From the NCBI GenBank assembly GCA_963695855.1, contig CAVOHZ010000010.1:224001-288000 (forward strand): a stretch of DNA of 64,000 bases, read 5' to 3'. The notes beneath the pieces are model-generated. The model saw only the letters and a program-made list of their open reading frames with translations. It had not been told where the DNA came from and searched no databases. The translations under genes were made by a program, and so were the position numbers. This stretch comes from an uncultured Nitrososphaerales archaeon. Lineage in GTDB: Archaea > Thermoproteota > Nitrososphaeria > Nitrososphaerales > Nitrososphaeraceae. Shown one piece after another: positions 1 through 11,924 of the stretch (position 1 is the first letter of the stretch; each line of letters opens with the position of its first letter).

Positions 1-1109
1 TATTACTAGTTCTAAAAAAGTTAAATCCTGGAACTGATATTTATCGATAGTTGTTTTCACGGAGATTCCGTAATCTGGGACCTGGGATTATTACAGGTGC
101 TGCCGATGATGACCCATCTGGAATAGCAACTTATTCCCAAGCAGGAGCTCAATTTGGACTTGGTTTAGTTTGGACTCCTATTTTCTTTCTTCCATTGTTA
201 TTTGCCATCCAGGAAATATGTGCCAGGATAGGTTTGGTTTCCGGTACTGGTATTATTTCATTAATGAAAAAAACGTATCCTAAAAGACTAATTTATCCAT
301 TAATATCTTTGCTATCTATCGCAAATACCATTAATTTAGGTGCAGATTTAAACGCTATAGGCGTTTCGGCAAATCTCATAACACCCGTGATACCGACATT
401 TTTCTTTACTTTGTCATTTACTTTGTTTGTTTTGATTTCAGAAATTTTTATTTCTTATTTGCGGTATGTTAAAATATTAAAGTATCTTACATTATCCTTA
501 TTTTGTTATTTTATAACAGCCATTATTGTTGGAGGTAATTGGAATCAAGTCATTCTGTCGACTATTACTCCCAATATTGAATTAAATAGAGTTCATAATG
601 ATGTTTGTGGCATTATGCGGAACAACTTTATCTCCATATCTTTTCTTTTGGCAAACCTCTGAGGAAGCAGAAGAAGATGTAGTTCATAAAAAAATAAAAG
701 AAATTGGCAGAGGAAAACCAAAAATTTCCAAGCAAGAGATAAAAGCAATGAGAAAGGATATCTTTGTAGGAATGGTATTTGCAGTTTTCATTATGTGGTC
801 AATTATAGTTACCGCGGCAGGTAGTCTTAACATTCATGATATTACAGATATTCAAACAGCACACGAAGCAGCACAGGCACTAGAACCCCTAGTGCAAACG
901 TTCCCTAATTCCGGCTTTATTGCGAAAATTATATTTGCAATAGGAATAATTGGAACAGGATTATTAGCTATACCTGTTTTAGCAAGTTCGACTGCTTATG
1001 CATTTTCTGATACTTTTGGATGGAAAGAAGGATTAAGTAAGAAGTTTAAGCAGGCAAAATCGTTCTACCTTACCATTGTGATTTCTACAATTATTGGTTT
1101 GCTTCTTAA

Positions 1110-3149
1110 TGGTTTGTTGCATGATTCACTACTGCTAATCTATTTAGCTAACCTGTTATATTCATATTATGTGTTAAACTGGAGACAATATAATCAATCT
1201 CTTGTTAAGCGTGGAGAAATTATGCTTGGATTTGATATTATAGATAATTGGGATAATGAATTGAAAGAAATGAACAAAGGTAAAGTTGGAGAACCATATC
1301 ACTATCCCAACTCATTTCTCTTATTACTTGGATATGCAAGAGTGTATTTTCATCTTCCATTCAGGCAGACTGAAGGTATAGTAAGAGCTCATGCTGAAAA
1401 TAAAATCCCATCAATTCCTGACTATAGTACTATAGATAGGAGAATAAACAAACTGTGGTTTGTTGCATAACTCGTTTAACCAATCGTTCTCATTATTATA
1501 TAATTGATAATTATGTAACAGTTATACTTTGAAACCAGTTATACAACGATGCTTTCAACATTATCTCTCTTATCATGTTCTCTAACCTGATAGCAGTAAC
1601 ATATTCACCAAACATTCTCTTCATAGAGGAAAAAACAGATTCTACCATCCATCTTTGTCCATAGCGTACACTATCTTTCCATTCTTGCAAATCATTCTTC
1701 TGCATTTTCACCATCTTGTTTCTAAGGTAATGATTGGTCTTTCTGCATCTAGAATTCTTTCTTACCTTTATTGCTGGTTGTATGCCTTTAAATGATAGAA
1801 ACTGAAAGATCTTGTTGCTATCATAGGAACCATCCATGATAGCAGTATCTATTACCTTATTCTGTTTTATTGCTATATAATCAACCAATTTTGGAAGTAC
1901 TTTTACATCATGTACTTCTTCACTAGTAACATCTAATGATAGAATTCTCTTCTTTTTTATATCGACTGCTAAAGGTATCTTTAGATATCCTCTTTTTACA
2001 TTCCACTTGTGTCTAATCCATTCACCCCCTCTTAGATACCTTTATACCGGTAGAATCAATTGCAATAACAAAATTATCATCATGCAAGTTAGATTTGGTT
2101 ATATCATCAGAAATCTTGATATCCAGTCTATTTATTCTTCTGCTAATGTTACTATAATCTGGAATTGATGGCAAAGTGTTTGAAGCATGTTCTCTAACTA
2201 CTCCTTCAGTTTGTCTGTAAGGTAAGTGAAAATATGCTCTCATGTATCCCAATAACTTGACAAATGAATCTGGATATACGAATTTCCTACCTTCCTTTTC
2301 CTTATTCATCTTCTCTAGTTCAGTATTCCAGTTATCTATAACATCAAAATCCAGTAATACCTCACCACGTTTAACAAGAGATTCGTTGTAATTTCTCCAG
2401 TTCACATAATATGACTAGAATTGGTTAGCTAAATGTGTTGAAAAGAACAAGTTGTGCAACAAGGCACAAACTGGATATTCATGTTAACAACAACAAATTA
2501 GGAGGTAATGATGTTATTATAGCAATTGATTCTACAGGAATAAAGATAACAAATAGAGGAGAGTGGATGCGTCATAAGTGGCACTGTAAAAGTAGGAAAG
2601 GATACCTCAAGATTCATGTAGCAGTAGATATAAGCGGTAGAAAAAAGAATGAGAAGAAAGCAAAGATTCTATCTCTAAACGTTACTACAGAAAAAGTACA
2701 TGATTCAAAAGTATTACCTATACTGGTACATGATATAGTCAGAAAACAGAATATCGATGTAAATACTGTGATAGCAGATGGTTCATACGATAACAACAAG
2801 ATATTCCAATTTCTTTCATTCAACAATATTAAACCAGCAATAAAGGTAAGAAAGAATGCTAGAATCAGAAATGACAATCACTATAAAAGAAATCTTGCAG
2901 CAGTGGAACAGAAAACTGATTTTAATAAATGGAAGAATAGCGTTAGCTATGGCAAGAGATGGGTTGTAGAATCTGTTTTTTCCTCTATGAAGAGAATGTT
3001 TGGTGAATATGTTACTGCTATCAGGTTAGAGAACATGATAAAAGAGATAATGTTGAAAGCATCATTATACAATTTGTTTATATCCACAACATAAAAGACT
3101 ACAACCAGAGAATTATTATCAATAAATTAATGAATCATGCAACAGAGCA
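1110..3149 (+). mobile_element. IS5-family element, transposase interrupted by a related IS
   Basis: Imperfect TIRs tggtttgttgcatgattca / tgaatcatgcaacagagca; 8-bp TSD cttcttaa (1102-1109, 3150-3157); DDE motifs IDSTG, ADGSYD, RWVVES. Confidence 0.92.
1456..2466 (-). mobile_element. IS5-family element nested in the outer IS5, transposase frameshifted near 2030
   Basis: TIRs tggtttgttgcataac / gttgtgcaacaaggca; TSD (a)caaactg on both sides; ORFs 2022-2405 and 1511-1888 are the two halves of one transposase. Confidence 0.92.
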
Positions 3150-4022
3150 CTTCTTAATTTCAGTGGAATGGAACCGATAAAAGCATTGATATATGCTGCT
3201 ATAATAAATGGAGTAATTTCTATTCCTATACTAGTTATCATAATGAAAATATCAAATGATAAAAAATTACTTGGTCAAAATGTAAATGGAAAAATTTCTA
3301 ATACTATTGGTGTCATAACTATAATTATAATGACAATTCCAGTTATTTTTATGATATTAACATCAATTTAATTATATTCTGGAATTTCTTCGATTGTCTT
3401 CAAATCATCTAGATATTTGGAATATTATTGAAAAAGATATTTGGAATATTATTGAAAACAAGACATTCGCATTCTCCCTTTTCTGGCAAAATAATATCTT
3501 CTGTAATATCCTAATTTGGTTTTCTTATGTTATCAGAGAGGAACCAAGATATTCCTTTCCACATTTTTTAAAATTATACACTAAAATTTTTTTGTGAAGT
3601 CTACCTATATTTCCCAAGAATAAAGGTGTTACTCCTAGGCTGGATTTTGATTCTTCATATTCTGTTATATATGCAAAAGCATAACCTCCTGCACCTAATA
3701 GCTTCTTCGAAATCTTCACTTCTGTGCAAATGTATTAACTATTCATAAATAATAAATTGTAAGATTAACCTTTAAGTGAATAATTATCCAAATACGAGAT
3801 AGTAATAGAAAATTTACACAAAAGATTTTGTTATGACTTCTGATGACAGTTTTAATAAAGTCATAATACTTGCTCAATATTTCGATAATTCACTGTTGTG
3901 CACTTTAAATAATTTTTTTATCTTTTATTTTAATCATTAAAAAATTACTTACCAGAAGTTATTACCATTAGTTGAATAAGTTATTCTAGAATCAAAGAAA
4001 AAAAATATTTAAGAGGAAAAAT

Positions 4023-4853
4023 TTAAGGACTAGTCTTCATCGTGAACGAACCTTTGATTGGAGCTTCTACTGGTTTATAGTCAACTGATACTACTTCTAC
4101 ACTTATTGGATAAGAAGAACCCTTTTTAAAATCTGATTGGACATGATATGCTCCTGTACTGCTAAAATCTGGTCCATGAGAAAAGGTTTCATTACCCATG
4201 CCAGAAACTAACTCTAGAGGAAGTGACTCACCCGAGGTAGTGAATAGCTTGGATAATAATGTTTTATTATTATTTTCACCTTCACTAATAGTTACATTGT
4301 AAGTAATTGGAGTATTTCTGTCTAATGGAACTGTCTTTGGACTGATATCCATTAATACGCGTGGATTACTCGAAATATCCCATATGGCACCTGAGCCTAA
4401 AGCTATATCAAAACTCCCACCAGTAAATAAGGCATCGCTTACAGATACTGTAGCCACTCTCCATGGATGAATAATACAATGATATAGGAATTCACCAGGT
4501 TGTCTAAATGTATATTGAAAGAATGAGTTAGCTGTAGCCGGCATTATGCCTGAATTAAAGACCGAACCTTCATCGGCAGCTCCTGGTTGTCCACTCGTTA
4601 CTGTATGAGGTTGTTCGAAGTCATTGTTAAACCAGCCTACAGTAGTACCCGCAGGTACGGCTATTTGTGGAGGATAATAATGATATATGTTCTCTTTTTG
4701 AGCAGCACCAGGAACTATGCTCACTGCATAAGTAGCACCAATATTTTGTAATGTAGCCATACTGCCACGTTGAGCAAAGATTTCAGTAGCCGATATTTGT
4801 ATTGTTAGAGCTAACACTATTGGCAATAACAAAATAATATATTTAGTTGCCAT
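4023..4853 (-). CDS. Secreted cupredoxin-domain protein with C-terminal beta domain (HPWR variant, paralog 1)
   Basis: Signal peptide; PHTVT and YHCIIHPWR type-1 copper motifs; paralogs at 46349 and 61902. Confidence 0.85.
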   Translation of the reverse strand: MATKYIILLLPIVLALTIQISATEIFAQRGSMATLQNIGATYAVSIVPGAAQKENIYHYYPPQIAVPAGTTVGWFNNDFEQPHTVTSGQPGAADEGSVFNSGIMPATANSFFQYTFRQPGEFLYHCIIHPWRVATVSVSDALFTGGSFDIALGSGAIWDISSNPRVLMDISPKTVPLDRNTPITYNVTISEGENNNKTLLSKLFTTSGESLPLELVSGMGNETFSHGPDFSSTGAYHVQSDFKKGSSYPISVEVVSVDYKPVEAPIKGSFTMKTSP

Positions 4854-5045
4854 ACCAATTACTCACAGGATATAGGATTTAAGCATATCTATAAAGTTTC
4901 GATTTTTAATAAGCTTATTAATTATTTAACTGGTTATCATTATGGAAAAATAACAACTGATGACAACTTTTATAAATTAATATGTTTATCATAAGTTTTG
5001 ATTGTAATGCTTTTTTTATGTATCCCTGTCTTGCACTAATTACTA

Positions 5046-6111
5046 TACTTCCTAACATTAATTCATAGACCTTAACATGTACTTTACAATATCCAGATTG
5101 AATCTTGTAGTTCTATAATAACAACAAATATTGTGTTTTAGATCTGCAAACATGGTATAATAAGTAGAGAGCATATGATACTTTCCCTGTCTCCAGCATT
5201 CTTCTACTGCATTAAACTCTGGACAACCAACTGGAAAATATTCCACTCTGATGGTATCCTTATTTGCATCAAGAAATCTTCTGGTAATTTTGGAACAGTG
5301 AGGAGTTGCTCTATCAACAAATATGACTATTTTACCAAATCTTTCTTTCTGTACGTGTTTTAGGTAGTCAATAAACGTCTTGCTGTTAAATCCATCGTAT
5401 TGTTTGAATAATTGTTTACCATCCATTGATAGACAGCCAAAGACAATTGTTCTTTTACGAGAACCTGTTACAGTTACTATTGGTCTTTTTTCTGCGGAAA
5501 TCCATTTCTTTCTTTTAAAAATATAATCATAAACAAATATTGATTCATCCTGTACCAGAATATTACAACCTGATTTTAAACTGAATAGAATCTGTTTTAC
5601 TCTTTTTTAAATTTCTTTTTCTCCTTTGCTGAGGCAGTATTTACAAATCTTTTCTGTGGTACTTTAGACTTGAAGCCCGACTTGTGTAATAATCTGTAAA
5701 TATGTACTTCATGGTATCTTACTCCAGTTTTCTTGTAAATAAGATCCATTACCTGTCTGAAATCCCATCCTGTATTACTATCTGCTAATTCTTTTCTTAT
5801 CTTTACCATTACATCTTTTGATACATCTGGCGGTCTACCAGTTTTTGCTTTGTTTTTTAACCCTTCCAGTCCATTGTCATTATATCTCTTGTACCACTTG
5901 TATGCCCACGCTCTACATCTATGCAATTCTTTTGCTACATTTACGATATGTTGATTGTCTTCTACTATACGTCTAACAAGAAGTATTCTTTCTTTTACAT
6001 CTGGATTGGATTCTTCTTTGTATACCTTATCTAATTTAGTAAAATGCAAATGTAATATGTATCAAAAGACCGTTAGCTAAAAATGTATCTACGATGTTTG
6101 GTTAGTTAGTA
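5046..6111 (-). mobile_element. IS630-family element with two-ORF (frameshift) transposase
   Basis: HTH ORF 5597-6049 ending at an A-rich slippery site; DDE ORF with PEFNAVEECW; TA TSD at 5044-5045 and 6112-6113; the empty site is seen in the inverted duplicate near 46157. Confidence 0.92.
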
Positions 6112-6318
6112 TACCATAGCTCAAGTAGATAACCTATTCTGGGAATATTATGCAGGAGGTTAGAAGAAATATAATTATTCACTACTTAAGAGAGTAGAAC
6201 TATTCCTTGGTTTTGATGCTATTAATAACTTTTTTAATATTGTTGCCCGCTATAACAAATACTATTAATCTACATGCAGATTTAAACGCTATAGACGTTT
6301 CAAAAAAGAGATTTAATA

Positions 6319-8847
6319 TTACATTTTTACCAATCTATAAAAGATCCATTTTGTTATTTCAGCCATAAGTACATACGCTAGTACAATTATTCCTATACTC
6401 AGATAGAATGTTAACGGGATAACAACAAATCCAAATATTGCACCAATAGGAGTAAGTGGAATAGCAAGTACAAAAATATTAACTATTAAAGTTGTAATTA
6501 ACAAAAATTTTCCAGGGGTACTTCTGATTAATGGTTTTTTACTTCTGATAATTAAAACTACAAGTGAAGCCGAAATAACGGATTCCATAAACCATGTTGT
6601 TCTAAATTGTTCTATGTTTGCGTGTAAAATATTTAGGATTACAATAAAGGTCAGAAAATCAAAAATAGTACTTAAAAAACCAAATACAAGCATGAATTTA
6701 CGAATAAATTTAAGATCCCAATGCCTGGGAACTTCTAATATTTCTTTGTCTACATTATCTGTGGATATTGTCATTTCTGGAAAATCTGTCATCAAGTTGG
6801 TAAGAAGTATCTGTTTTGGTAAAAGTGGAAGGAATGTTAGAAATAACGATACACCAGCCATACTAAACATATTTCCGAAATTAGCACTCGTTGCCATGAA
6901 AACATACTTCATTGTATTTGCAAAGGTTCTACGTCCTTCCATTATCCCATCTACCAAAACGTTAATGTTTTTTTCAAGCAAGATAATGTCTGCTGTTTCT
7001 TTGAGGACGTCAGCAGATTTATCAACAGAGATTCCAACGTCTGCTGAATGAATCGCGGCTGCATCATTTACTCCATCACCTAGATAACCTACTACATCAC
7101 CGGATTTCTTTAATGCCAAAATTATTTGTTCCTTTTGAGCAGGTTCAATTTCTGCGAAGATGTTCACTTTGCTCACTTTTCTTGTTAGTGATTCAGGCGT
7201 CATATGTGAGATCTCTGAACCTGTCAAGATTTCAGATTTTGATATTAGGCCAACCTGTTCACCAAGGTGAGAAGTAACATAAACATTGTCTCCACTAATT
7301 ATTTTTAGTGAAACTTTTAATTTTTTAAGTTTTTTTATGGATTCTATTATACCTGGTTTTATTGGATCAAAGAATACTAGAAATCCCAAAAAAATCAAGT
7401 CTCTTTCATAATCTTTATTAATTATTGAAGTATTCATATCATTACGATAGGCCAGACCAATTACTCGAAAACCTTGCAAACTTAATTCTTGAAATTGATT
7501 TTGCAATGCATTTTTAAGAACAGCTAATTCTATTATTTTTTCACCAGTAACTTCTGCTTTAGAACATATATCAAGGATATTTTTTACAGCACCTTTTGTT
7601 ATCATTATATTTGCAGCATTTTTGTAAGATACCAAAACGCTTATTCGTTTACGAACATAATCGTAAGGAACTTCATCTAACTTTTTATATGCATATAAAT
7701 CGAATCGTTTGTAACTTCTTATCGCATCATCAATTGGATTTATAAAACCACTTTCAAATGACGAATTGAGATAGGCATACAAAAGAACTTTGTCGTTTAC
7801 TCTTCCTTCTGTATCCAGAGCAAATTTAAGGTTGATATTTCCTTCTGTTAAAGTACCTGTTTTATCGGAGCATAATATGTTCATGCTTCCAAGATTTTCT
7901 ATAGATATCAATCTTTTTACAATGACCTTTTTTAAAGCCATTTGTTTTGCGCCATGAGACAAATTAATACTAATAATTGCAGGAAGAAGTTGCGGAGTCA
8001 GGCCGATAGACAAGGCAAGGGCAAAAAGAAATGAATCCAATACAGGACGTTCAAAGTAGACATTAATCAAGAAAATGGATGAAACCAACAATATGGTAAC
8101 TTCAACCAAAAGGAAACTAAATTTTCTTACTCCGTGTTCGAATTCTGTTTCAGGTGGCTTTGTTTTGATGTGTTGAGAAATTTTACCTATTTCAGATCTT
8201 TTGCCAGTATTTACAACTACTGCGTTTACAATCCCGCTAACAATTTGTGTATCCATAAAAACACAATTTGTTCTTTTATGCAATGGTGTTTCTAGAGGTA
8301 ATATTTCTTGTGACTTTTCAACTGGATAACTTTCCCCCGTAAGTGTTGACTCATTAACAAAAAGATCCTTAGATTCAACAATAATGCAATCTGCAGGTAT
8401 TCCACTCCCTGCATTAAGAACAACCAAATCTCCAGGTACAATTTGCCTAGTAGAGATAGTTAATTTGTTTCCATCTCGTATTACACTAGTCTTTAATTGT
8501 ACCATTTCTAATAATTTTTTTATTATATTGGATGCCCTTCTTTCTTGTAAAAATCCAAGTACAGTACTTATGAATATAATGATGAAAATTATTATTGCAT
8601 CGTTAAAATTTCCAAGAAACAGTGATAAGCCTGTAGCAAATATTAATAACAAGATGATAGAATTTTTAAATTGAGACAATAACAAACGAAATGTTCCTGT
8701 TTTATTATTTGAATCAATGATATTTGGACCGTAAATTTCTAGTCTAGACAGGGCCTCTCCTGAACTCAATCCATTACTACCAGTTTCAAGATTGTCGAAA
8801 ATCTCGTTTGTTGTTAATGACCAGAATTTATCTTCGATTTTATGCAT
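6319..8847 (-). CDS. mgtA: Mg2+-transporting P-type ATPase (P3B)
   Basis: LTGES, DKTGTLT, GDGVND motifs; MgtA-type ATSANFGNMFS and TTWFMES segments. Confidence 0.88.
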   Translation of the reverse strand: MHKIEDKFWSLTTNEIFDNLETGSNGLSSGEALSRLEIYGPNIIDSNNKTGTFRLLLSQFKNSIILLLIFATGLSLFLGNFNDAIIIFIIIFISTVLGFLQERRASNIIKKLLEMVQLKTSVIRDGNKLTISTRQIVPGDLVVLNAGSGIPADCIIVESKDLFVNESTLTGESYPVEKSQEILPLETPLHKRTNCVFMDTQIVSGIVNAVVVNTGKRSEIGKISQHIKTKPPETEFEHGVRKFSFLLVEVTILLVSSIFLINVYFERPVLDSFLFALALSIGLTPQLLPAIISINLSHGAKQMALKKVIVKRLISIENLGSMNILCSDKTGTLTEGNINLKFALDTEGRVNDKVLLYAYLNSSFESGFINPIDDAIRSYKRFDLYAYKKLDEVPYDYVRKRISVLVSYKNAANIMITKGAVKNILDICSKAEVTGEKIIELAVLKNALQNQFQELSLQGFRVIGLAYRNDMNTSIINKDYERDLIFLGFLVFFDPIKPGIIESIKKLKKLKVSLKIISGDNVYVTSHLGEQVGLISKSEILTGSEISHMTPESLTRKVSKVNIFAEIEPAQKEQIILALKKSGDVVGYLGDGVNDAAAIHSADVGISVDKSADVLKETADIILLEKNINVLVDGIMEGRRTFANTMKYVFMATSANFGNMFSMAGVSLFLTFLPLLPKQILLTNLMTDFPEMTISTDNVDKEILEVPRHWDLKFIRKFMLVFGFLSTIFDFLTFIVILNILHANIEQFRTTWFMESVISASLVVLIIRSKKPLIRSTPGKFLLITTLIVNIFVLAIPLTPIGAIFGFVVIPLTFYLSIGIIVLAYVLMAEITKWIFYRLVKM

Positions 8848-9123
8848 TAGGTAAGAATATATTATAATTGATCTCTTTTAAGATAATCGATAGAGTCTAA
8901 CGGATATTATAATATTAAAATCTCATAGAAAACTTCTCCAAATTATCGATGCCACTATTTTTCCATCTTCTTTTGATTTTTCCAAACAATATTGATGACA
9001 TAAACATGTTATTTCTAGAATTATATGAGATTCGAGGTTATATTGATCTCATTATTGTTTTGAATTAGGCATTTTCATTTTATTTTTACAAAATATATAT
9101 TATTATTAATTCTATTACATGTA

Positions 9124-9588
9124 TTGTCTCGTGAGAATAATGGATTTAAGAGGATACTTGTTCTTGTAGACGGATCAAAATATTCGATAAATGCATTGGA
9201 ATATGCTAGTACAGTATCTAAAGAATATGATTCTGAATTAATAGCATTATACGTTGTACCATCCATAATTAGATATGATGATCTGTTTTTAAGTAAGAGA
9301 AAATACGAAGATATCCCTGCATTCAAAGATATAATTGAACTCTCATACATAGAATCTCATAATTGGTTAAATGAATTAAAAGAAAAAAGTGGTGTTAAAC
9401 TAACAACTGATGTCATTATTGCTAAGAAATCCGTTGTTTCTGAAATAATAGAATATTCAGAACGCAGCAATATAGATTTAATAATTATGGGTACAAGAGG
9501 AAGAACAGGATTGAAAAAATTACTTTTGGGAAGTACAGCTGAAGGGGTTATAACATATGCACATTGTCCTGTATTAGTAGTTAGATAA
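9124..9588 (+). CDS. Universal stress protein
   Basis: ILVLVDGS...MGTRGRTGLKKLLLGSTAEGV...HCPVLVV. Confidence 0.93.
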   Translation: MSRENNGFKRILVLVDGSKYSINALEYASTVSKEYDSELIALYVVPSIIRYDDLFLSKRKYEDIPAFKDIIELSYIESHNWLNELKEKSGVKLTTDVIIAKKSVVSEIIEYSERSNIDLIIMGTRGRTGLKKLLLGSTAEGVITYAHCPVLVVR

Positions 9589-9765
9589 AATTTATGGTAA
9601 AATTGAAATCGTAACTTCTGTCCCTTAACAGTATGCAGATCTAGACAAAATCATTTCGCTCCTAATTAGAAAATTTTGGATCTATTTAATTGAGGAAATA
9701 TTATTACTTTAAGTAGTTTACGTTTCTAAAGTGTCCATTTAGGTACGTACAGGTTATCAAGTGGG

Positions 9766-10770
9766 TTAAAAATATTGTATGTAACCTCTAGCAAGATTAA
9801 AATGTAACATGGCCTCTTTCTCGTGAAAGGTTTTCTCGTGGTTTAAAACTTCATTCGCACGGAAAAGAGAGACCTTGCCTCTAACACAAGCCTTATAACA
9901 CATTATAAAAAAAATCATTTTCCTTGTAATATCGTCCCTGCTTTTTTTTATATAATAATGGATAAAATGGTCACGTAGATCTATACGTTGATGAAAATCA
10001 AAGTCCATGGCAAGGTGTGAAATATCCTCTATGACATCAGCGTATCGTAAAGAATCATTAAATTCTATTCTATCATAAAGATAAATTTTACCACCTACAA
10101 TAAATATATTTTTTAAATATAGATCACCATGAATATCACGAATTCTGGTTTCTTTTATACGTTGATCAAATAAATCAATATTTTTTTCAACAAATGAGTC
10201 CAATTTATATTCAAATATTGGATCTAATTTTATAAGTTGAGAAAGGGTTTTGAAATTTTCATTAATTTTCTTTTTTATAAATTTAGGTCTACCAAATCTA
10301 GAAATATTTTCACTTGTTGTGGCACTGTTATGAAATTTTATAAGTATTTTCGTTAAATACTCTACAGTTTTAATATCTATTTTTCGATACCGAAGTAAAT
10401 TATCCATTCTAAATTTTTGTGGAATTTCTATCATTTTAACAGCGTATTCTATAGGTATTCCGCTGTCTCTAAGATTTACTATTTTATAAATATCATTGTC
10501 ATTAACAATTTTTACTACTTTCTGATACATGCTACCACAAAGGGGTTTATTTAACAAAATTTCCTTGTTACAAAATTTTTTTCTAAGATATAATTTTGAG
10601 AAGTCCAGAATTTGACCAAATTTTACATTTTTCTTTATCTTGTAAGCATAAGAACCTGTTAAAATAACCCAAGAAATATGAGTTTCTAGTATTTTTATCC
10701 TTGATACTTTATGGGGATATGATTTTTTACTTCCTAACTGTAAGATAATATTCTGTTGGTCAGTCTGCAT
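9766..10770 (-). CDS. Aminoglycoside-phosphotransferase-like kinase (COG2187/Rv2004c N-terminal domain) without the P-loop domain
   Basis: ETHISWVILTGSYAYKIKK, HGDLYLKNI, DRIEFN, YKACVRGKV motifs. Confidence 0.85.
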   Translation of the reverse strand: MQTDQQNIILQLGSKKSYPHKVSRIKILETHISWVILTGSYAYKIKKNVKFGQILDFSKLYLRKKFCNKEILLNKPLCGSMYQKVVKIVNDNDIYKIVNLRDSGIPIEYAVKMIEIPQKFRMDNLLRYRKIDIKTVEYLTKILIKFHNSATTSENISRFGRPKFIKKKINENFKTLSQLIKLDPIFEYKLDSFVEKNIDLFDQRIKETRIRDIHGDLYLKNIFIVGGKIYLYDRIEFNDSLRYADVIEDISHLAMDFDFHQRIDLRDHFIHYYIKKSRDDITRKMIFFIMCYKACVRGKVSLFRANEVLNHEKTFHEKEAMLHFNLARGYIQYF

Positions 10771-10965
10771 AGTTTAGCATCGCCTTTGGAATAGCTTCAT
10801 TGTACTTGTTAGATTTATTTATTTTAATAGTTATATGAATTCTCTACAGATTCATAAATTATTGTAATATTATTTTCGATTAAGGAAATTTATTATTATA
10901 AAAGTTAAGGCATTATAACAAATACTTCGAAAATATTAAAAGACATCTACTACAAACAAAATATA

Positions 10966-11532
10966 TTGAGGATGATACGACAATTTTTTTTATTTATTGG
11001 TATTGCAATTTTGCTCACTTTAATTTTATTTATTGATAAACAATATGTTTTTGGCCATCTGAATGGAACCAGAATACAAGAATTGATTGATAAGAAAAAT
11101 GATATTAAGCTTTTATTTACGTATGAACCAGAAAAGCCAATAATTGATACTTTTACAAAACTTTCCTTTAGTGTTCAGGATTTAGAAGGAAATCATATTG
11201 AGAATTATAAAGCATATGTTGTCGTAACAAATGGAGTACGACTTTTCAAATTTCAAAATATATCTGTTCCTGATGGAGATTTTGATGTAGAATATATTTT
11301 CCCAGATGACGGAACACATCAAGTAATAACAAGAATTGATACGAATTCTAGCATCACATGGGCATCATTTAGAGTATTTGTTCCACATCAGGCACCTCCA
11401 AGTATTTTGAATCCATTTCCGCTTGCACCTAATGGAAAATATAGTTTAGAAATAATAGTAAGTATCGTACTTGCAATAGTAATTCCAATAATAGCAGTAA
11501 TATCATTGATTATTATGATTAAGAAACGTTGA
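10966..11532 (+). CDS. Membrane-anchored secreted protein with probable Ig-like domain
   Basis: N-terminal signal, beta-rich core (FPDDGTHQV), C-terminal TM helix followed by KKR. Confidence 0.7.
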   Translation: MRMIRQFFLFIGIAILLTLILFIDKQYVFGHLNGTRIQELIDKKNDIKLLFTYEPEKPIIDTFTKLSFSVQDLEGNHIENYKAYVVVTNGVRLFKFQNISVPDGDFDVEYIFPDDGTHQVITRIDTNSSITWASFRVFVPHQAPPSILNPFPLAPNGKYSLEIIVSIVLAIVIPIIAVISLIIMIKKR

Positions 11533-11924
11533 TAAAAATTTGAATTAATTAATTGTAAAACATTGAAGGTAGCGGACTTTGGTTCCATCTTGTTAATTCT
11601 TTATTTTTTGCAAATCGATTTTATAAAAGCCTATAGCGCCTGTTCCCCTTGTCGTAAAAGAGAGAACTTGTTCATGAAACGTTGATTTCCATCTTCAAAT
11701 TAAAGCTAAATAATACTCCCGCTAGTATCTTCTATATTTGCTAAAAAATATTTGTTCTTTATGGCCTTCCATCACCCTCTTACTTATTTTGGCAACGTAT
11801 TGGGTCTGTTTGGGCATGACTTTTTGACAAGCGTCGATTAAAATTATATCATACTGCAATATACTCTGATCCGATCTTTTATCATAGATCTGTCGTATTT
11901 GGTTGTAAAGGAAACGATATTTAG

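Larger units (their letters stand above)
51..3371 (+). pseudogene. NRAMP-family divalent metal transporter, frameshifted near 587 and split by nested IS5 elements
   Basis: GPGIITGAADDDPSGIATYSQAGA motif; the frame shifts into MMFVALCGTTLSPYLFFWQ. Removing 1110-3157 restores ...LLLNFSGMEPIKALIYAAIING in frame. Confidence 0.9.

Noticed and set aside
598-1470. Apparent NRAMP-transposase fusion protein
   Set aside because: Chance in-frame read-through from the broken NRAMP into the inserted IS.
3411-3458. 24-bp tandem duplication (and a similar one at about 61521-61569)
   Set aside because: Two-copy slippage duplications in non-coding DNA with no further structure.
6614-8674. Antisense ORFs over mgtA, hypF, hypD, the antiporter and transposases
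   Set aside because: They overlap well-supported genes and show no motifs.
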